A DNA stretch of 64,000 bases, from the sequence record OZ195934.1; one strand, given 5' to 3'. The position numbers and the translations under genes were made by a program. Shown in pieces: positions 53,679 through 64,000 of this stretch; position 1 is the first letter of the stretch, and each line of letters starts with the position of its first letter. A model generated the notes under the pieces. That model was given only the letters and a program-made list of their open reading frames with translations, was not told the DNA's origin and did not search any database.

Positions 53679-54702
53679 AGTGGCAAAAATTTACAGATCA
53701 ACAATCACAACTGAATATCGAGTGAACAACTTGATGAACTTCTACGATAGCGTCGGTGACGGCGCTGACGAGAATTCAATATATCTCATGTTCGGTCGAA
53801 ATGAGTCATGGTCAGACCGCGAAGATGAAATAAACTTCGCGCCACCTTACCCGAACGATACAACAGACGGCAAAGCTGACGTTTGGGCTCGTTCGCTTGG
53901 TATGATCAAGATTCCAAAGTCGCAGCTACGACCAGTATTGCCGCGCAAAGATTGGGGCGACCCGAATCTAAACAATTCACTGAAATTCACTTTCGGTGAC
54001 ATTGTTACAGTAAACACAATCACGCTGAACGCGCACCCGAGTGCATTGAACGGCTACATGGTTTATCGATGCATTGATATCCCAGAAACAGACGCGAATA
54101 ACTCAAACATTCGCGGTACATGTTCAGTGCCTACAATCACGAACAAAAGCGACTGTGTAGCAGTTGGCGGTACGTGGGATGCACCGAGTTCACCGGGTAA
54201 CCAAGAGAACATTCCTCACGGTACAGGTAACGCGATTGACACAGGTGATGGCTATGTGTGGGAATACATGTACACGATTCCACCGTCAGAAGTTCTAACA
54301 AGTGTTTCGCGTGAATACATCGTATGTCCATTCCCTGACGAAGTGATCGATGATCGCGAAGCGTGGGGATTAGATCAGAACATCATCTTCAATGAAAACT
54401 ACGATGAGACGATCTTCAGCATCGGTGCAGTCAACTTGCGGTTCCGAGCTAAATTAGCAGGCAGTGATTTCATTCACTTGTTCGGGCCCAACAACAACGG
54501 TTATCGTCAGATTACACTTGTTCAGAACCCATTGCTAGTGCGTGAACCCGGTGCGACTGACGACATAAAAGCAACTGAATTGCTGTACAACCCTCACGAA
54601 ATTCAAGAGGGTACAGGTCAGATTATCTACATGGAAAATCGACAGCCAATTCGCAAGACGTTAGACCAAGTAGAAGAGTTCAACCTGATCTACACATTCT
54701 AA
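53671..54702 (+). CDS. gp8: Baseplate wedge subunit
   Basis: PPYPND, VLPRKDWGD, GDGYVWEYMYTIP, YMENR.PI. Confidence 0.93.
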   Translation: MNKVAKIYRSTITTEYRVNNLMNFYDSVGDGADENSIYLMFGRNESWSDREDEINFAPPYPNDTTDGKADVWARSLGMIKIPKSQLRPVLPRKDWGDPNLNNSLKFTFGDIVTVNTITLNAHPSALNGYMVYRCIDIPETDANNSNIRGTCSVPTITNKSDCVAVGGTWDAPSSPGNQENIPHGTGNAIDTGDGYVWEYMYTIPPSEVLTSVSREYIVCPFPDEVIDDREAWGLDQNIIFNENYDETIFSIGAVNLRFRAKLAGSDFIHLFGPNNNGYRQITLVQNPLLVREPGATDDIKATELLYNPHEIQEGTGQIIYMENRQPIRKTLDQVEEFNLIYTF

Positions 54703-54756
54703 TAAATATATAAAACATACATCGGGCTTGATGTCAAGCCCTTTATGGAGATTAAA

Positions 54757-55713
54757 ATGGGAAGAAGTAGACTAGAAACTGGTACTGCGGGTTCAGTTGG
54801 TACAGGTGATACGATTCACAACGGTGGTAATAAGCTGCGCGATAACTCAGACGAGTTTTATCACATTAACGCTGACTTCGAATTGACTGAATCAGGCGAA
54901 CCGTATATTCCAGCCGTGAATGATTCAGCACCGCGTCCACATGCCGGTGGCTACTGGCAGAGAATTCCGCCAAGCTCAACAGCGGGTGGCTCAGGTGGTC
55001 CGAACGCTGCAAACTTGCTTACATCTATTGTAACAGGCGGCAAGTACGATGTCGATACATCATCACTAGGGGGCGGCGCTGTAATGACGCTAAATCTACC
55101 TAAAATCGGCACGAGTGCAGGTCAAGCAAAACGCGGTGAGAAGATTTCATTTCAAAACACAACCTCTACACTAGACACAAATCCACTCGTACTGCGTTCT
55201 AGTGCAGGCGATGCTATTGTAGGCGCAAGCGAGACGAATGGCGATCATACGATTCGCACGAATTACGCTCAGATAACATGCACCGTGATTGATGACGGTA
55301 CAGGCATTGCAGGGACACCACAATGGGGTTTCAAAATTGACCCGATTATCGGTGATTTCGGTGCACCAGTTAATGACACAATTTACACGATTCCGAACAC
55401 AGTGACTCGTTCACTTGCTCTATTCGATGTACTGTCATACGCAGCCGTGAAACTCATGATTTACGCTGAAAATAGCGACCCTGCTCAGGGCGGCATCGTT
55501 ACACGCAGAACAACGTCAGAAATGTTGCTGCTAAATAACATTACAAATGCGTATATTGATGAATACTCAGTAATCAATACGGACAGTGATTTCGGTAACT
55601 TATTGTTAATCGTTCCTCGCGTTGAAGATGGTGTCGTTTATGTTGACATCACATCGAACGACGACAATGTATCAATGGCTATCAAATCAATCGAAACTAT
55701 CAGACTATCGTAA
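54757..55713 (+). CDS. gp9: Baseplate-long fibre connector
   Basis: GTGDTIHNGGNKL N-terminus; synteny. Confidence 0.8.
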   Translation: MGRSRLETGTAGSVGTGDTIHNGGNKLRDNSDEFYHINADFELTESGEPYIPAVNDSAPRPHAGGYWQRIPPSSTAGGSGGPNAANLLTSIVTGGKYDVDTSSLGGGAVMTLNLPKIGTSAGQAKRGEKISFQNTTSTLDTNPLVLRSSAGDAIVGASETNGDHTIRTNYAQITCTVIDDGTGIAGTPQWGFKIDPIIGDFGAPVNDTIYTIPNTVTRSLALFDVLSYAAVKLMIYAENSDPAQGGIVTRRTTSEMLLLNNITNAYIDEYSVINTDSDFGNLLLIVPRVEDGVVYVDITSNDDNVSMAIKSIETIRLS

Positions 55714-55722
55714 GGGACAAAA

Positions 55723-57969
55723 ATGAAACAGACGATCAACGTCGGACAAGTTGTCGATGACGGTACAGGTGACTATCTAAGACAGGGTGGCATCAAAACT
55801 CGTGACAACTTCAACGAAATTTATAGTCATCTAGGCGACGGTAGTACACTTTATGCTGCCGGTGCGTGGCGCAAATGGAGATTTGCTGCTACTTACTTGA
55901 ACGGTGACACTACATACAACGCAGCAAATGCCGAGAACTATTACGACGAAAACGGCGATGGTCAAGGTCCCGAGCTGCACGCTGCATTCGGTGAATCGTG
56001 GACAGTTGATACTACTCTAGGCGCAGTTGATGTGTATCTACCGAGTGGTGTCGAAGAAGCAGACTACGGTAAAGCGATTCGCGTACGCGACGTTAAGGGT
56101 ACGTGGGACAAGCAGCCACTAACTGTATACCCAGACTCAAAAGACTCGATTAAGCGCGTTGCAAGTAGCACAAACCGCGAACTCGGCACAGGCGCTGAGT
56201 TCACAAACGCATATCAAGATTTAGAACTTGTATTCACGCCACCGCGTCACTGGGAATATGTTGCTCAGAAATACGTAAACGGCATGACATTTGGTGATGT
56301 TCCGAGCGTATTGCGTCGTGCATTGCTATCGCGTCAGGGTCAGCGTGATTTCAATATGTCACTTGAACTAGCGGGCGGTGATTACAATGCAACTGCGGTT
56401 GAGATCTATCGTCGCGGTAACTTGATGTACTACGGGAACGAACTGAATGACTTTTCAGATTACGGCTCAATCCCGCTACACACAGTCGAAAGTTGGGAAG
56501 CTTCGCGTTCTGAACCATACTACGTAGGCGATTTAGTTCGTGGTGACGTTGCAGGTTCGCGTGATGACCGCATTTGGCAGTGTATAGAAGAACACAACTC
56601 AATCGGTACATGGGACTCTGACAAATGGGCAGAATTCAGCGATTACCCTGATTACGAAGAGCACGCAGGTAGCACCCCTTATAGCGCGTCAACAGTCGTA
56701 ACGCAAGAACATGACGGGTTCGTGCAGACGTTCGAGTGTCTAATCACGCATACTTCTGCGGCTGGTTACACTGATCTCACGACAGATAACAACTGGAAAC
56801 AGCTTACAAACGATGATCTTGCACCGCTTGACGGGAAGACAATTCGTTTGCGTCTAGCAGCCAATGCAGGTGACCCAATCGCGATGGTAACATACTTGAG
56901 CGATGTGTCAAGCTTCCGTAGCAGCTACATGCTGAAATCGATCAAGCTAATTGACACGAATAACTTCGGTGTTGAGGAATCGACTGGGTCCGTTGTTCGT
57001 AAAGACTTCGTACCTGGGATGACAGTCAAGTTAATTGACTTTGGTCTACCTAGTTACACTCAGTTTAACACTGAGACGCTTGAACTTCTAGTGAATGGTA
57101 CACAATTGACTCGCTCGAATACGGCTGGTCAAGGTGACTCTGATAATGGCGGCGATTACGACTACGACTATAAGCAAGACGCGGAAGGTCTATGGAACAC
57201 GCTTGTATTCAGCGAAGCTCTAGCTGATAGCGATATTGTAACAGTTCGTTGGTACGATAATGTAATCGGCACACTATTATCCTGGGATGAAGGCGAAGAC
57301 AACTTACAAGTTCGCACGCGTGAGTTATTCGTTTCTCGTGATGATTGGGCAGATGTTCGCCGTGTTAACAAACTTGCGTATTCAGACACTGATAATCCGA
57401 GCGCGGCAGTTGCTGAAGTTCTACCTGACTCAGAAACATTCGCACCGGGTGGTACACTGACATCATTGATGGAAAGTATCTTCCCTATTGGCTCGATTTA
57501 CACGAACGCAAATAACCCGAGCAACCCCGCTGATTACATGGGCTTCGGTAAATGGGTTCGTTATGCTGAAGGGCGTACAATCGTTGGTTGGAATAGCGAA
57601 GATGACGGAAGTTTTCACCGCAACAACAACAACGAAAATATCGTTCAAGCGGGTGGTACTGGCGGTGCAATCGGTGTGACTCTTACACAAGAGAACATTC
57701 CAGAGCTGATAAGTACAACAAACGATGATCACGCGAACGACTCTAGTCGCGATATTGGTAACATCACAGAGCAATACAGCTTAGTAGCTCGTGCTGCAAC
57801 GTCTGGCGGTGATATCAACTTGAATGGTTGTTTAGGTGACCCTGAAAACACGACGCCTTTAGCGTACTACGCTGAAGAGCCAATCAAAGTGAATCATGGT
57901 CAAATCGCACAAGCGGTTGATGTAACTCAACCTTACATTACTGCATACACTTGGATAAGGACTGCATAA
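55723..57969 (+). CDS. gp10: Baseplate wedge subunit and tail pin
   Basis: MKQTINVGQVVDDGTGDYLRQGG, FPIGSIY, QPYITAYTWIRTA. Confidence 0.93.
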   Translation: MKQTINVGQVVDDGTGDYLRQGGIKTRDNFNEIYSHLGDGSTLYAAGAWRKWRFAATYLNGDTTYNAANAENYYDENGDGQGPELHAAFGESWTVDTTLGAVDVYLPSGVEEADYGKAIRVRDVKGTWDKQPLTVYPDSKDSIKRVASSTNRELGTGAEFTNAYQDLELVFTPPRHWEYVAQKYVNGMTFGDVPSVLRRALLSRQGQRDFNMSLELAGGDYNATAVEIYRRGNLMYYGNELNDFSDYGSIPLHTVESWEASRSEPYYVGDLVRGDVAGSRDDRIWQCIEEHNSIGTWDSDKWAEFSDYPDYEEHAGSTPYSASTVVTQEHDGFVQTFECLITHTSAAGYTDLTTDNNWKQLTNDDLAPLDGKTIRLRLAANAGDPIAMVTYLSDVSSFRSSYMLKSIKLIDTNNFGVEESTGSVVRKDFVPGMTVKLIDFGLPSYTQFNTETLELLVNGTQLTRSNTAGQGDSDNGGDYDYDYKQDAEGLWNTLVFSEALADSDIVTVRWYDNVIGTLLSWDEGEDNLQVRTRELFVSRDDWADVRRVNKLAYSDTDNPSAAVAEVLPDSETFAPGGTLTSLMESIFPIGSIYTNANNPSNPADYMGFGKWVRYAEGRTIVGWNSEDDGSFHRNNNNENIVQAGGTGGAIGVTLTQENIPELISTTNDDHANDSSRDIGNITEQYSLVARAATSGGDINLNGCLGDPENTTPLAYYAEEPIKVNHGQIAQAVDVTQPYITAYTWIRTA

Positions 57970-58655
57970 TGACAAGTAAAGCAAGACATTCATCAAGAGT
58001 ATGGACGAACGATTCTAGCAAGAAGATCTTCGACCAAGACTCGATTAGCGACGCTGGGCTATATCCCGGCGACCGCTTCAACTTTCGAGGCGCTATTTTA
58101 GGCGACTCGACAGTTGACGAAATTCAAAACGGTGCATGGGATCCCAATGTACAATCGGCATTAATGCAGTTAGCAATGGCTGCGATTTTACCAGTTGGGT
58201 CAGTTCTAATGTCTACTGACGCATCGAACCCGTTTAACACAAACCAGTTCAATGAAACGATTTCGTATACGGGCACATCGCTAGTTGATAACATCAACTT
58301 GTATGGCGTGTCAGTGTCGCTTTCAGTCGGAGACTCAGACAACGACATCGCAGAGAAAGTATTCACTGCAATGCACGCGTCTCAGTTGTTTGACACAGTA
58401 CCGACAGATCACGTACCACCGTCGAACACATTCTTACTGAAGCACCGAAGCTCAAGACCGCATAATACTGCGTACACTTCAACGTACGCTGATATTCTAG
58501 ACTCGAACGGTGATACTACGGGTATACAAGCTAAAAGCGTCGTAACGGGCGAATCAGACGGCGAGACGAGCTTAGGTTATGGGGAATGGGAGCTGTATCA
58601 CACAGATACGACAACATACCCGTCAACAATGTACTTTTATAGAAGGATTGGTTAA
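57969..58655 (+). CDS. gp11: Baseplate wedge / short fibre connector
   Basis: LPVGSV, LGYGEW; synteny. Confidence 0.8.
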   Translation: MTSKARHSSRVWTNDSSKKIFDQDSISDAGLYPGDRFNFRGAILGDSTVDEIQNGAWDPNVQSALMQLAMAAILPVGSVLMSTDASNPFNTNQFNETISYTGTSLVDNINLYGVSVSLSVGDSDNDIAEKVFTAMHASQLFDTVPTDHVPPSNTFLLKHRSSRPHNTAYTSTYADILDSNGDTTGIQAKSVVTGESDGETSLGYGEWELYHTDTTTYPSTMYFYRRIG

Positions 58656-60196
58656 TGTCAGGTACAAACATATTCACGCACGTAAGCGACGAAGCGCAAT
58701 ATGTTTACCTACAGCCGTTCACATCACCGGGCAAGGCGTTCGAGACTGGTGGTGATGTTCAGAGTCTTTTAGAACAGATTCACGTGAACGCTCTTGAGCC
58801 GTTGCCAACTTTACCGTTCGCGACGACCGATGAGCAAGGTTCGGTCGAATACTCAACTCAAGCAGAAGCAAATGCTTTAGATGACGTTTTGACCGTATTG
58901 ACACCACAATCACTTGATGGTGTCAATACACACGTTTCTCCGTCTACGACGACTCAGTTAGGTAACTTACGCGAAGTTCGTACGAGTGATTTGACACGCG
59001 TTACTGCGTCGTCAGATGATACACGATTGATGTCATATCGTCGATTGGATGAAATGACGAGTGTACGAAATGCGTTAGCAGACGATGGTAGCGTCGAGTC
59101 TCAAGGCTTCGCTAGACATTCGACTTTATCAGAAGCACTCGCATACAACCCGACAAATTTCATTTCACCGCAAAAGACGTGGAATTTGATCAAAACCGAA
59201 ATACCAAACCCGTGGACTCAAGCAACTGAAACGGAATCTGGCGTATTACGAACGGTAGGTCAGCGAGACGCACTTAAATCAGATCGCACAATTGCAATCA
59301 CAGTTGGTGGATTGAATCACGTTAACGCTACGACATCGAAACGCGGTGCGTTCAAGATAACTGACAATAATCTAAGTCGTGATGACGAATTCGCAAACGA
59401 GTATGCGATTACACCCGCGACAATTGCAAACTTAATCGGCACAGAAACGCAGTCAGGATTCTTTTCACTACCGACTTCGTTCGCCGATGAATCTAGCGAA
59501 GTAACTAGTGCAGCACGCGGTTTCGAGTTAGGTCAAAAGCTTGGCCCAGATGGCGGTGTGATTACAGGAACATTAAACTGTGACAACATCGTATCGAAGA
59601 TCACGCAATCAGTCAAGAAAACCACGTCTGGTGGCGGTACGTATTACGTAGATGAAACACGCAAGCGCGAATTGTTCCCATCAGATCACATCGACCGTGA
59701 AATTGGATTAGAAGGGCGACCAGTTGGTAGTATATTTCACTGTACTCGCAACGTAGACCCAAACACTCAGTTCGGTGGGGTATGGTATCGCGTACAAGGC
59801 GGGCGTACTATGATCGGTGCAGGTACTGGTAATGATTACGTGAGAAAGCGTAGCTTCAGTGCAGGGTCGCAAGGTGGGAATCGTCGTGAGCGTTTAGCAG
59901 AGAAGCACTTGCCAGTTCACAAACACGCGAGTTGGGGTGAAACGTACTCAACAAAGAACAGCACATGCATAAAGTACGAAGAAGTTCGTAACCCATATGG
60001 TGTTACATATTACTGTAAAGAATATTCAACCGTCAATTACTGGAAGTTCGGTAAAACCGGCTCTAGAAATAACCCGGGAATGGGTAGCACTGACAGCGAC
60101 AACTACATGTACTACAATTCACCAGTGGGCGGCAACGGATATCACGAAAACATGATGCCGTATTACACAGTTTACATTTGGAGACGAGTTAAATGA
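58655..60196 (+). CDS. gp12: Short tail fibre paralogue 1
   Basis: HVSDEAQYV, ATETESG repeats, HxH, PYYTVYIWRRVK. Confidence 0.8.
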   Translation: MSGTNIFTHVSDEAQYVYLQPFTSPGKAFETGGDVQSLLEQIHVNALEPLPTLPFATTDEQGSVEYSTQAEANALDDVLTVLTPQSLDGVNTHVSPSTTTQLGNLREVRTSDLTRVTASSDDTRLMSYRRLDEMTSVRNALADDGSVESQGFARHSTLSEALAYNPTNFISPQKTWNLIKTEIPNPWTQATETESGVLRTVGQRDALKSDRTIAITVGGLNHVNATTSKRGAFKITDNNLSRDDEFANEYAITPATIANLIGTETQSGFFSLPTSFADESSEVTSAARGFELGQKLGPDGGVITGTLNCDNIVSKITQSVKKTTSGGGTYYVDETRKRELFPSDHIDREIGLEGRPVGSIFHCTRNVDPNTQFGGVWYRVQGGRTMIGAGTGNDYVRKRSFSAGSQGGNRRERLAEKHLPVHKHASWGETYSTKNSTCIKYEEVRNPYGVTYYCKEYSTVNYWKFGKTGSRNNPGMGSTDSDNYMYYNSPVGGNGYHENMMPYYTVYIWRRVK

Positions 60197-61617
60197 CACA
60201 AAAAGGCACTCAGATTTTCGACCACGTTTTAGACAATGCGGGTACCGTGACGGTCAACGTTGAAAGTACAGCATTCGATGGATTGACGGGTGGAAATGAT
60301 GATTTACAAACTTGTCTTGAGTTGATCCAAGAACATGCAGTGATGGAGATACCGGACTTCCCAGTCGCGAGTACATCACAGCAAGGGATTACTCAACTGA
60401 GTGATGAAAGTGCAGTTGCTGACGAGACGAATGATTCGTCGGCAGTAACACCATCCGCACTTAATTACTGGTTTGAAAATCACGCAACGGCAACCGAAGT
60501 TCAGTATGGATTCGTGAAGCTGATTAGCAACAATACGATTGACACGGTCGAACCATCAGCGTCTGTAGAAGAAGCTCAGAAACACGCGTTTACGCTTCGC
60601 ACGTTGAACTATGCACTTGACAATCGCTTTTACGCGACTGAAACAGATGCAGGTGCAGTTCGTCTAGCTACAGAAGCGCAAGCAACTACAACTGGTACGC
60701 TTTCAACTACAGTGGCAATGACACCGCAACGCGTTAAGCAAATGCTGGACGTTTGGGCTAATACTACAGCATCAGATGCGAGTGAGTCAACAAAAGGTTT
60801 GATTCGTCTGGCGAATGGAACTGAAGTGAATAGCACATCAGCTTCAGAGAATGACTTAGCGATTTCACCGTATCGTTTCAACGATAGAACAGCAAGCACT
60901 TCGAGAAAGGCGGGTTTCTTTTTAGCAACTCAAGCAATCGCAGATGCGCGTACGTCAAACGAACACGCTGTTACAGTCGGGACACTTTCGTTATTTGATG
61001 CTACATCAACTCGCGTCGGTGTTGCTAAAGTTGCAAACAACTTGACGACAAATGATGCTACTCAAGCACTAAGCGCAGCGATGGGCTTTAAGCTGAACAA
61101 CGAGAAGATCGGTGCACCGGGTGGTACAGTCAACGGGACACTGAACATTAACAACGTTCAGTCTGTGGCGGGCGTTCAGTTGATGCAAAATGGCTTGATT
61201 ACATCGCGTGCGATGTTAAACATGTATCCAGTAGGGGCGATTTACATGAGCGTATCTAGCACTTCTCCCGCTACGCTATTTGGCGGCGGCTGGTCGAGAA
61301 TTGCTAACGGTCGAGTTCTCGTTTCAGAGGGTTCATATGACGGTAAAACGTTCAGTGTCCGATCACAAGGCGGTGAGTATGCAGTTACGCTAACTGAAAG
61401 CACTATGCCAACGCATAAGCACGCAGGTTGGGGCGAACACTATGATGGCAATGGTATCGGATTCGGTGTAGCTAAACAATATGGGCGTAATAACCCAGGG
61501 TCGAAAAAGACCGACAGTGATAACTACTTGTATTACTCAGAGCCAAAAGGTGGTAGTGAAGCTCACCCGAACATTCAGCCGTATTACACGGTTTATATGT
61601 GGGAACGAACTTCTTAA
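60193..61617 (+). CDS. gp12: Short tail fibre paralogue 2
   Basis: ASTSQQGITQL repeats, YPVGAIYMS, HKH, QPYYTVYMWERTS. Confidence 0.85.
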   Translation: MTQKGTQIFDHVLDNAGTVTVNVESTAFDGLTGGNDDLQTCLELIQEHAVMEIPDFPVASTSQQGITQLSDESAVADETNDSSAVTPSALNYWFENHATATEVQYGFVKLISNNTIDTVEPSASVEEAQKHAFTLRTLNYALDNRFYATETDAGAVRLATEAQATTTGTLSTTVAMTPQRVKQMLDVWANTTASDASESTKGLIRLANGTEVNSTSASENDLAISPYRFNDRTASTSRKAGFFLATQAIADARTSNEHAVTVGTLSLFDATSTRVGVAKVANNLTTNDATQALSAAMGFKLNNEKIGAPGGTVNGTLNINNVQSVAGVQLMQNGLITSRAMLNMYPVGAIYMSVSSTSPATLFGGGWSRIANGRVLVSEGSYDGKTFSVRSQGGEYAVTLTESTMPTHKHAGWGEHYDGNGIGFGVAKQYGRNNPGSKKTDSDNYLYYSEPKGGSEAHPNIQPYYTVYMWERTS

Positions 61618-61716
61618 AGACAAGCATAGTATACATTGAAAGTCAATGAAATTAAACGGGTGAGACAAGTTCTTGCCCGTTTTTGTATCTGAAGAATCCA
61701 GAGCGAAGCGAAAGAA

Positions 61717-61785
61717 TGGACGAGGCGGAAAAATTCCGCATCATCTTAGTAGTATTAGGGGTTTTAGTGAAGTTAGGGATATTAG
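61717..61785. repeat. Copy 2 of the 69-bp long-range inverted repeat
   Basis: Follows terminator 61654-61684, precedes TATAAATA at 61795. Confidence 0.9.
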
Positions 61786-61923
61786 TATTATTAGTATAAA
61801 TACCTTGTTTAACTCAGTTCGCTTGACTGCTAAAATAGACGCATAAAGACAATCCCTTCTTGATCCTTTGTATTGCTATAAATAGTAGTAAGCTATGTTC
61901 ATTTACAATACAAGGGAACAAAC

Positions 61924-63585
61924 ATGACAATTCAAAAGCCTATCATTGAAGAGCTTAGATATGTAAATGGTCAACCAGATCCATCACTTCGTCCCGACCA
62001 AACTCGAATCAATTGGGCGAAAAACGGTGAAAGCATTCTTGGTGCTACTGGTGACACGACTTCTGACGGCGTACTTAACCGTGCTCCTGTGCAGATTCAA
62101 GAAAACATTCTGAACTCTCATAACAACACTAAAGCACAGCAAGAAACAATCGGTCAGCTTGTTGATACTGTAAACGAACTAACAGGCGGCGAAGATGCTG
62201 ACTTGGGTTCGCGTATGACAACTGCGGAGTTTGATATCAACGTTCTTGAGACTGAAGTTAATAATCTTCAATCTGACGTTGGCGCGGCATCAACAGAGAC
62301 TGCACTTGCTACTGGCATTCATCTAACAACTGAAAATATTGTTGATGACATTGGTGTTCGTAATCCACAAGATATCCCAAATGACGTTGAGAACAACGAC
62401 ACTGTACGCAAAGACTTGTACTTCATCAAGCGTCGTATCGGTAACGACCGTAACTATGACGTGAACGGCAATTTAGTTCCTGATACTGCACCTACGGGTA
62501 TGAAGTTTCAGATTGATGACTTGTACAACAAAGTAGCGACCGTCAACCAAGAGATTGGCGAGAACGTTACACCGGGTACGATCAATGGTCGATTGACTGA
62601 TCTTGAGCAGAATTCACAAGCAGGGTCTGTTACTGCAATTCGTGCAGAACTAGGCGATTCGGCTGACGCAGTTGAAGGGCGTTCGGTATACTTGCGTCTT
62701 GATGACATCGAAAGTCAAAATGCTGATTTTGTGATCGATATTGCTGCACTTGATGCAACTCTAGTGACTCCTGTTACTGGTCTTGTTCCGCGTGTTACTG
62801 CGCTAGAAACTGAAGTTGCGGGCGCGATTTCACAAGCAGATGCAAACGAATTGAGCATCACAACGATTTCTAACGACGTTGGTGTGTATTCAGTAGGCGA
62901 CACGTACTCTTCTACGATTAAAGAGCGTCTAAGCTCACACAGCACTGATTTGACATCATTGTGGACTCGTGTCGGTGCGACAGATGACGATATCGGCTCA
63001 ATCGGCAATCGAGTTAAAGAACTTGAATCAACCGTCGGTGATGTGAACTCACCTGCTGAATTTACAGCATGGTATGAAATCGCTCAGAATGCAGGTGATA
63101 TTGTTCAGCTACGTGCAGATGTCGATGCTATGGGGCCGTCTACATTACAAACACGTCTGGCAACGCTTGAAGCTGCCGAAGCTGCCGCTCTTATTGCGTC
63201 AGAAACGCCAGATGAAATCACAATCCCGACGACGCTAACTAACGTTGTTGATGTGATTGACGAAGAAGTTGAACTAGTCGGATACACATTTGTCGATGGT
63301 GCGTTGATTAGTAATGCTGCACGCACTGCTCCATTGACGATTGCATGGGTTATGTACGAACCGCACAATCACACTCATTTGATCACGATTCGAGTTGAGA
63401 TCACTCACCCTGATACTTCAGTTGAGATTCATGATTATACTCGTAAGTTGCGCGGTAATCTAGTGACACCTATTGCGATTTCTCATACTGCTACGTTAGT
63501 TGCTGGTAGTGCAGTGAAAGTTTATGTTCAATCGGATTCAGTTGGTAGTTCAGTTGAGCACGATTCGCTATTCATTCGAATTTAA
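61924..63585 (+). CDS. wac: Fibritin (neck whiskers)
   Basis: LRYVNGQP...RINWAKNGE, GVLNRA.VQIQ.N, long heptad coiled coil. Confidence 0.9.
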   Translation: MTIQKPIIEELRYVNGQPDPSLRPDQTRINWAKNGESILGATGDTTSDGVLNRAPVQIQENILNSHNNTKAQQETIGQLVDTVNELTGGEDADLGSRMTTAEFDINVLETEVNNLQSDVGAASTETALATGIHLTTENIVDDIGVRNPQDIPNDVENNDTVRKDLYFIKRRIGNDRNYDVNGNLVPDTAPTGMKFQIDDLYNKVATVNQEIGENVTPGTINGRLTDLEQNSQAGSVTAIRAELGDSADAVEGRSVYLRLDDIESQNADFVIDIAALDATLVTPVTGLVPRVTALETEVAGAISQADANELSITTISNDVGVYSVGDTYSSTIKERLSSHSTDLTSLWTRVGATDDDIGSIGNRVKELESTVGDVNSPAEFTAWYEIAQNAGDIVQLRADVDAMGPSTLQTRLATLEAAEAAALIASETPDEITIPTTLTNVVDVIDEEVELVGYTFVDGALISNAARTAPLTIAWVMYEPHNHTHLITIRVEITHPDTSVEIHDYTRKLRGNLVTPIAISHTATLVAGSAVKVYVQSDSVGSSVEHDSLFIRI

Positions 63586-63596
63586 GAGGTAAGGTC

Positions 63597-64000
63597 ATGA
63601 ACACATATAATGCAACTTCTCCACGTGAAATGAAAGACCTGATTTTAAGGCGCCTTGGTGCGCCTATTGTCAACGTCGAAGTGACCGAAGACCAAGTGTA
63701 CGACTGTATTTCTCGTGCGCTTGAGTTGTTCATTGAATATCACCCAGACGGTGTTAATAAAACGTACTCTATCATATCACTATCTGCCGAGCAAGCATCG
63801 ACTGGTATCATTCAGTTAGATATCCCTGCCGAAGCTGTGACTAAGATTCTGCGCGGTGAAAGCACGTTCTGGACTATGGATGGTAACGCAACTTACTCAT
63901 GGTTCAGTGACTTCTTGACTGGTCTTGCAGGCGGTGCGATGGGTAATGGTTCATCAAACTCGTATCACAACGGGATGTTGGGTGGCTCAAGTGGTCTATC
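63597..64000 (+). CDS. gp13: Neck protein (5' part, truncated; absent from ORF track)
   Basis: MKDLILRRLGAPIVNVEVTEDQVYDCISRALELF. Confidence 0.92.
   Translation, partial: MNTYNATSPREMKDLILRRLGAPIVNVEVTEDQVYDCISRALELFIEYHPDGVNKTYSIISLSAEQASTGIIQLDIPAEAVTKILRGESTFWTMDGNATYSWFSDFLTGLAGGAMGNGSSNSYHNGMLGGSSGL

Noticed and set aside
796-63368. Many 60-170 aa antisense or overlapping ORFs in the ORF track, including those spanning tRNAs (e.g. 25030, 25361, 29657, 31183)
   Set aside because: They overlap well-supported genes or RNAs, lack SD sites and show no recognisable motifs.

Overview
64-kb segment of a large lytic T4-like myophage (Straboviridae). Gene order, AsiA and the lysozyme-less gp5 suggest a KVP40/nt-1-like Vibrio phage (inference). 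Left (1-8.5 kb, +): gp52 topoisomerase, QueE, an ADP-ribosyltransferase-like protein, M15 peptidase, PhoH, AsiA, Tad2. 8.5-18.6 kb (-): modular long-tail-fibre cassette. 18.6-34 kb (mostly -): accessory and RNA island with a YkuK RNase-H-like gene, a Ro/TROVE-like DUF2828-vWA gene, a GIY-YIG endonuclease, a cyclic-phosphate receiver gene, 26 tRNAs covering all 20 amino acids, and at least 14 other structured RNAs. 34-64 kb: 57B/Acb1, 57A, 1, 3, baseplate and tail genes through gp12, wac and the start of gp13. Main finding: a family of at least 9 RNAs shares one helix-flanked motif, (A)YG-helix...helix-T-W(W)WC(A/T)GCAA. It occurs in two circularly permuted topologies: inserted in the anticodon arm of otherwise complete tRNA-like genes, or closing free-standing RNAs, one of which is a permuted tRNA. 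With the Ro-like protein nearby, this looks like a phage Ro/Y-RNA-like tRNA-mimic system. Also found: a tmRNA-shaped RNA without Ala identity, a 69-bp iteron-like inverted repeat pair 26 kb apart, and several late proteins with capsid-targeting-like N-termini. All structures were read by eye; no folding or database searches were run.
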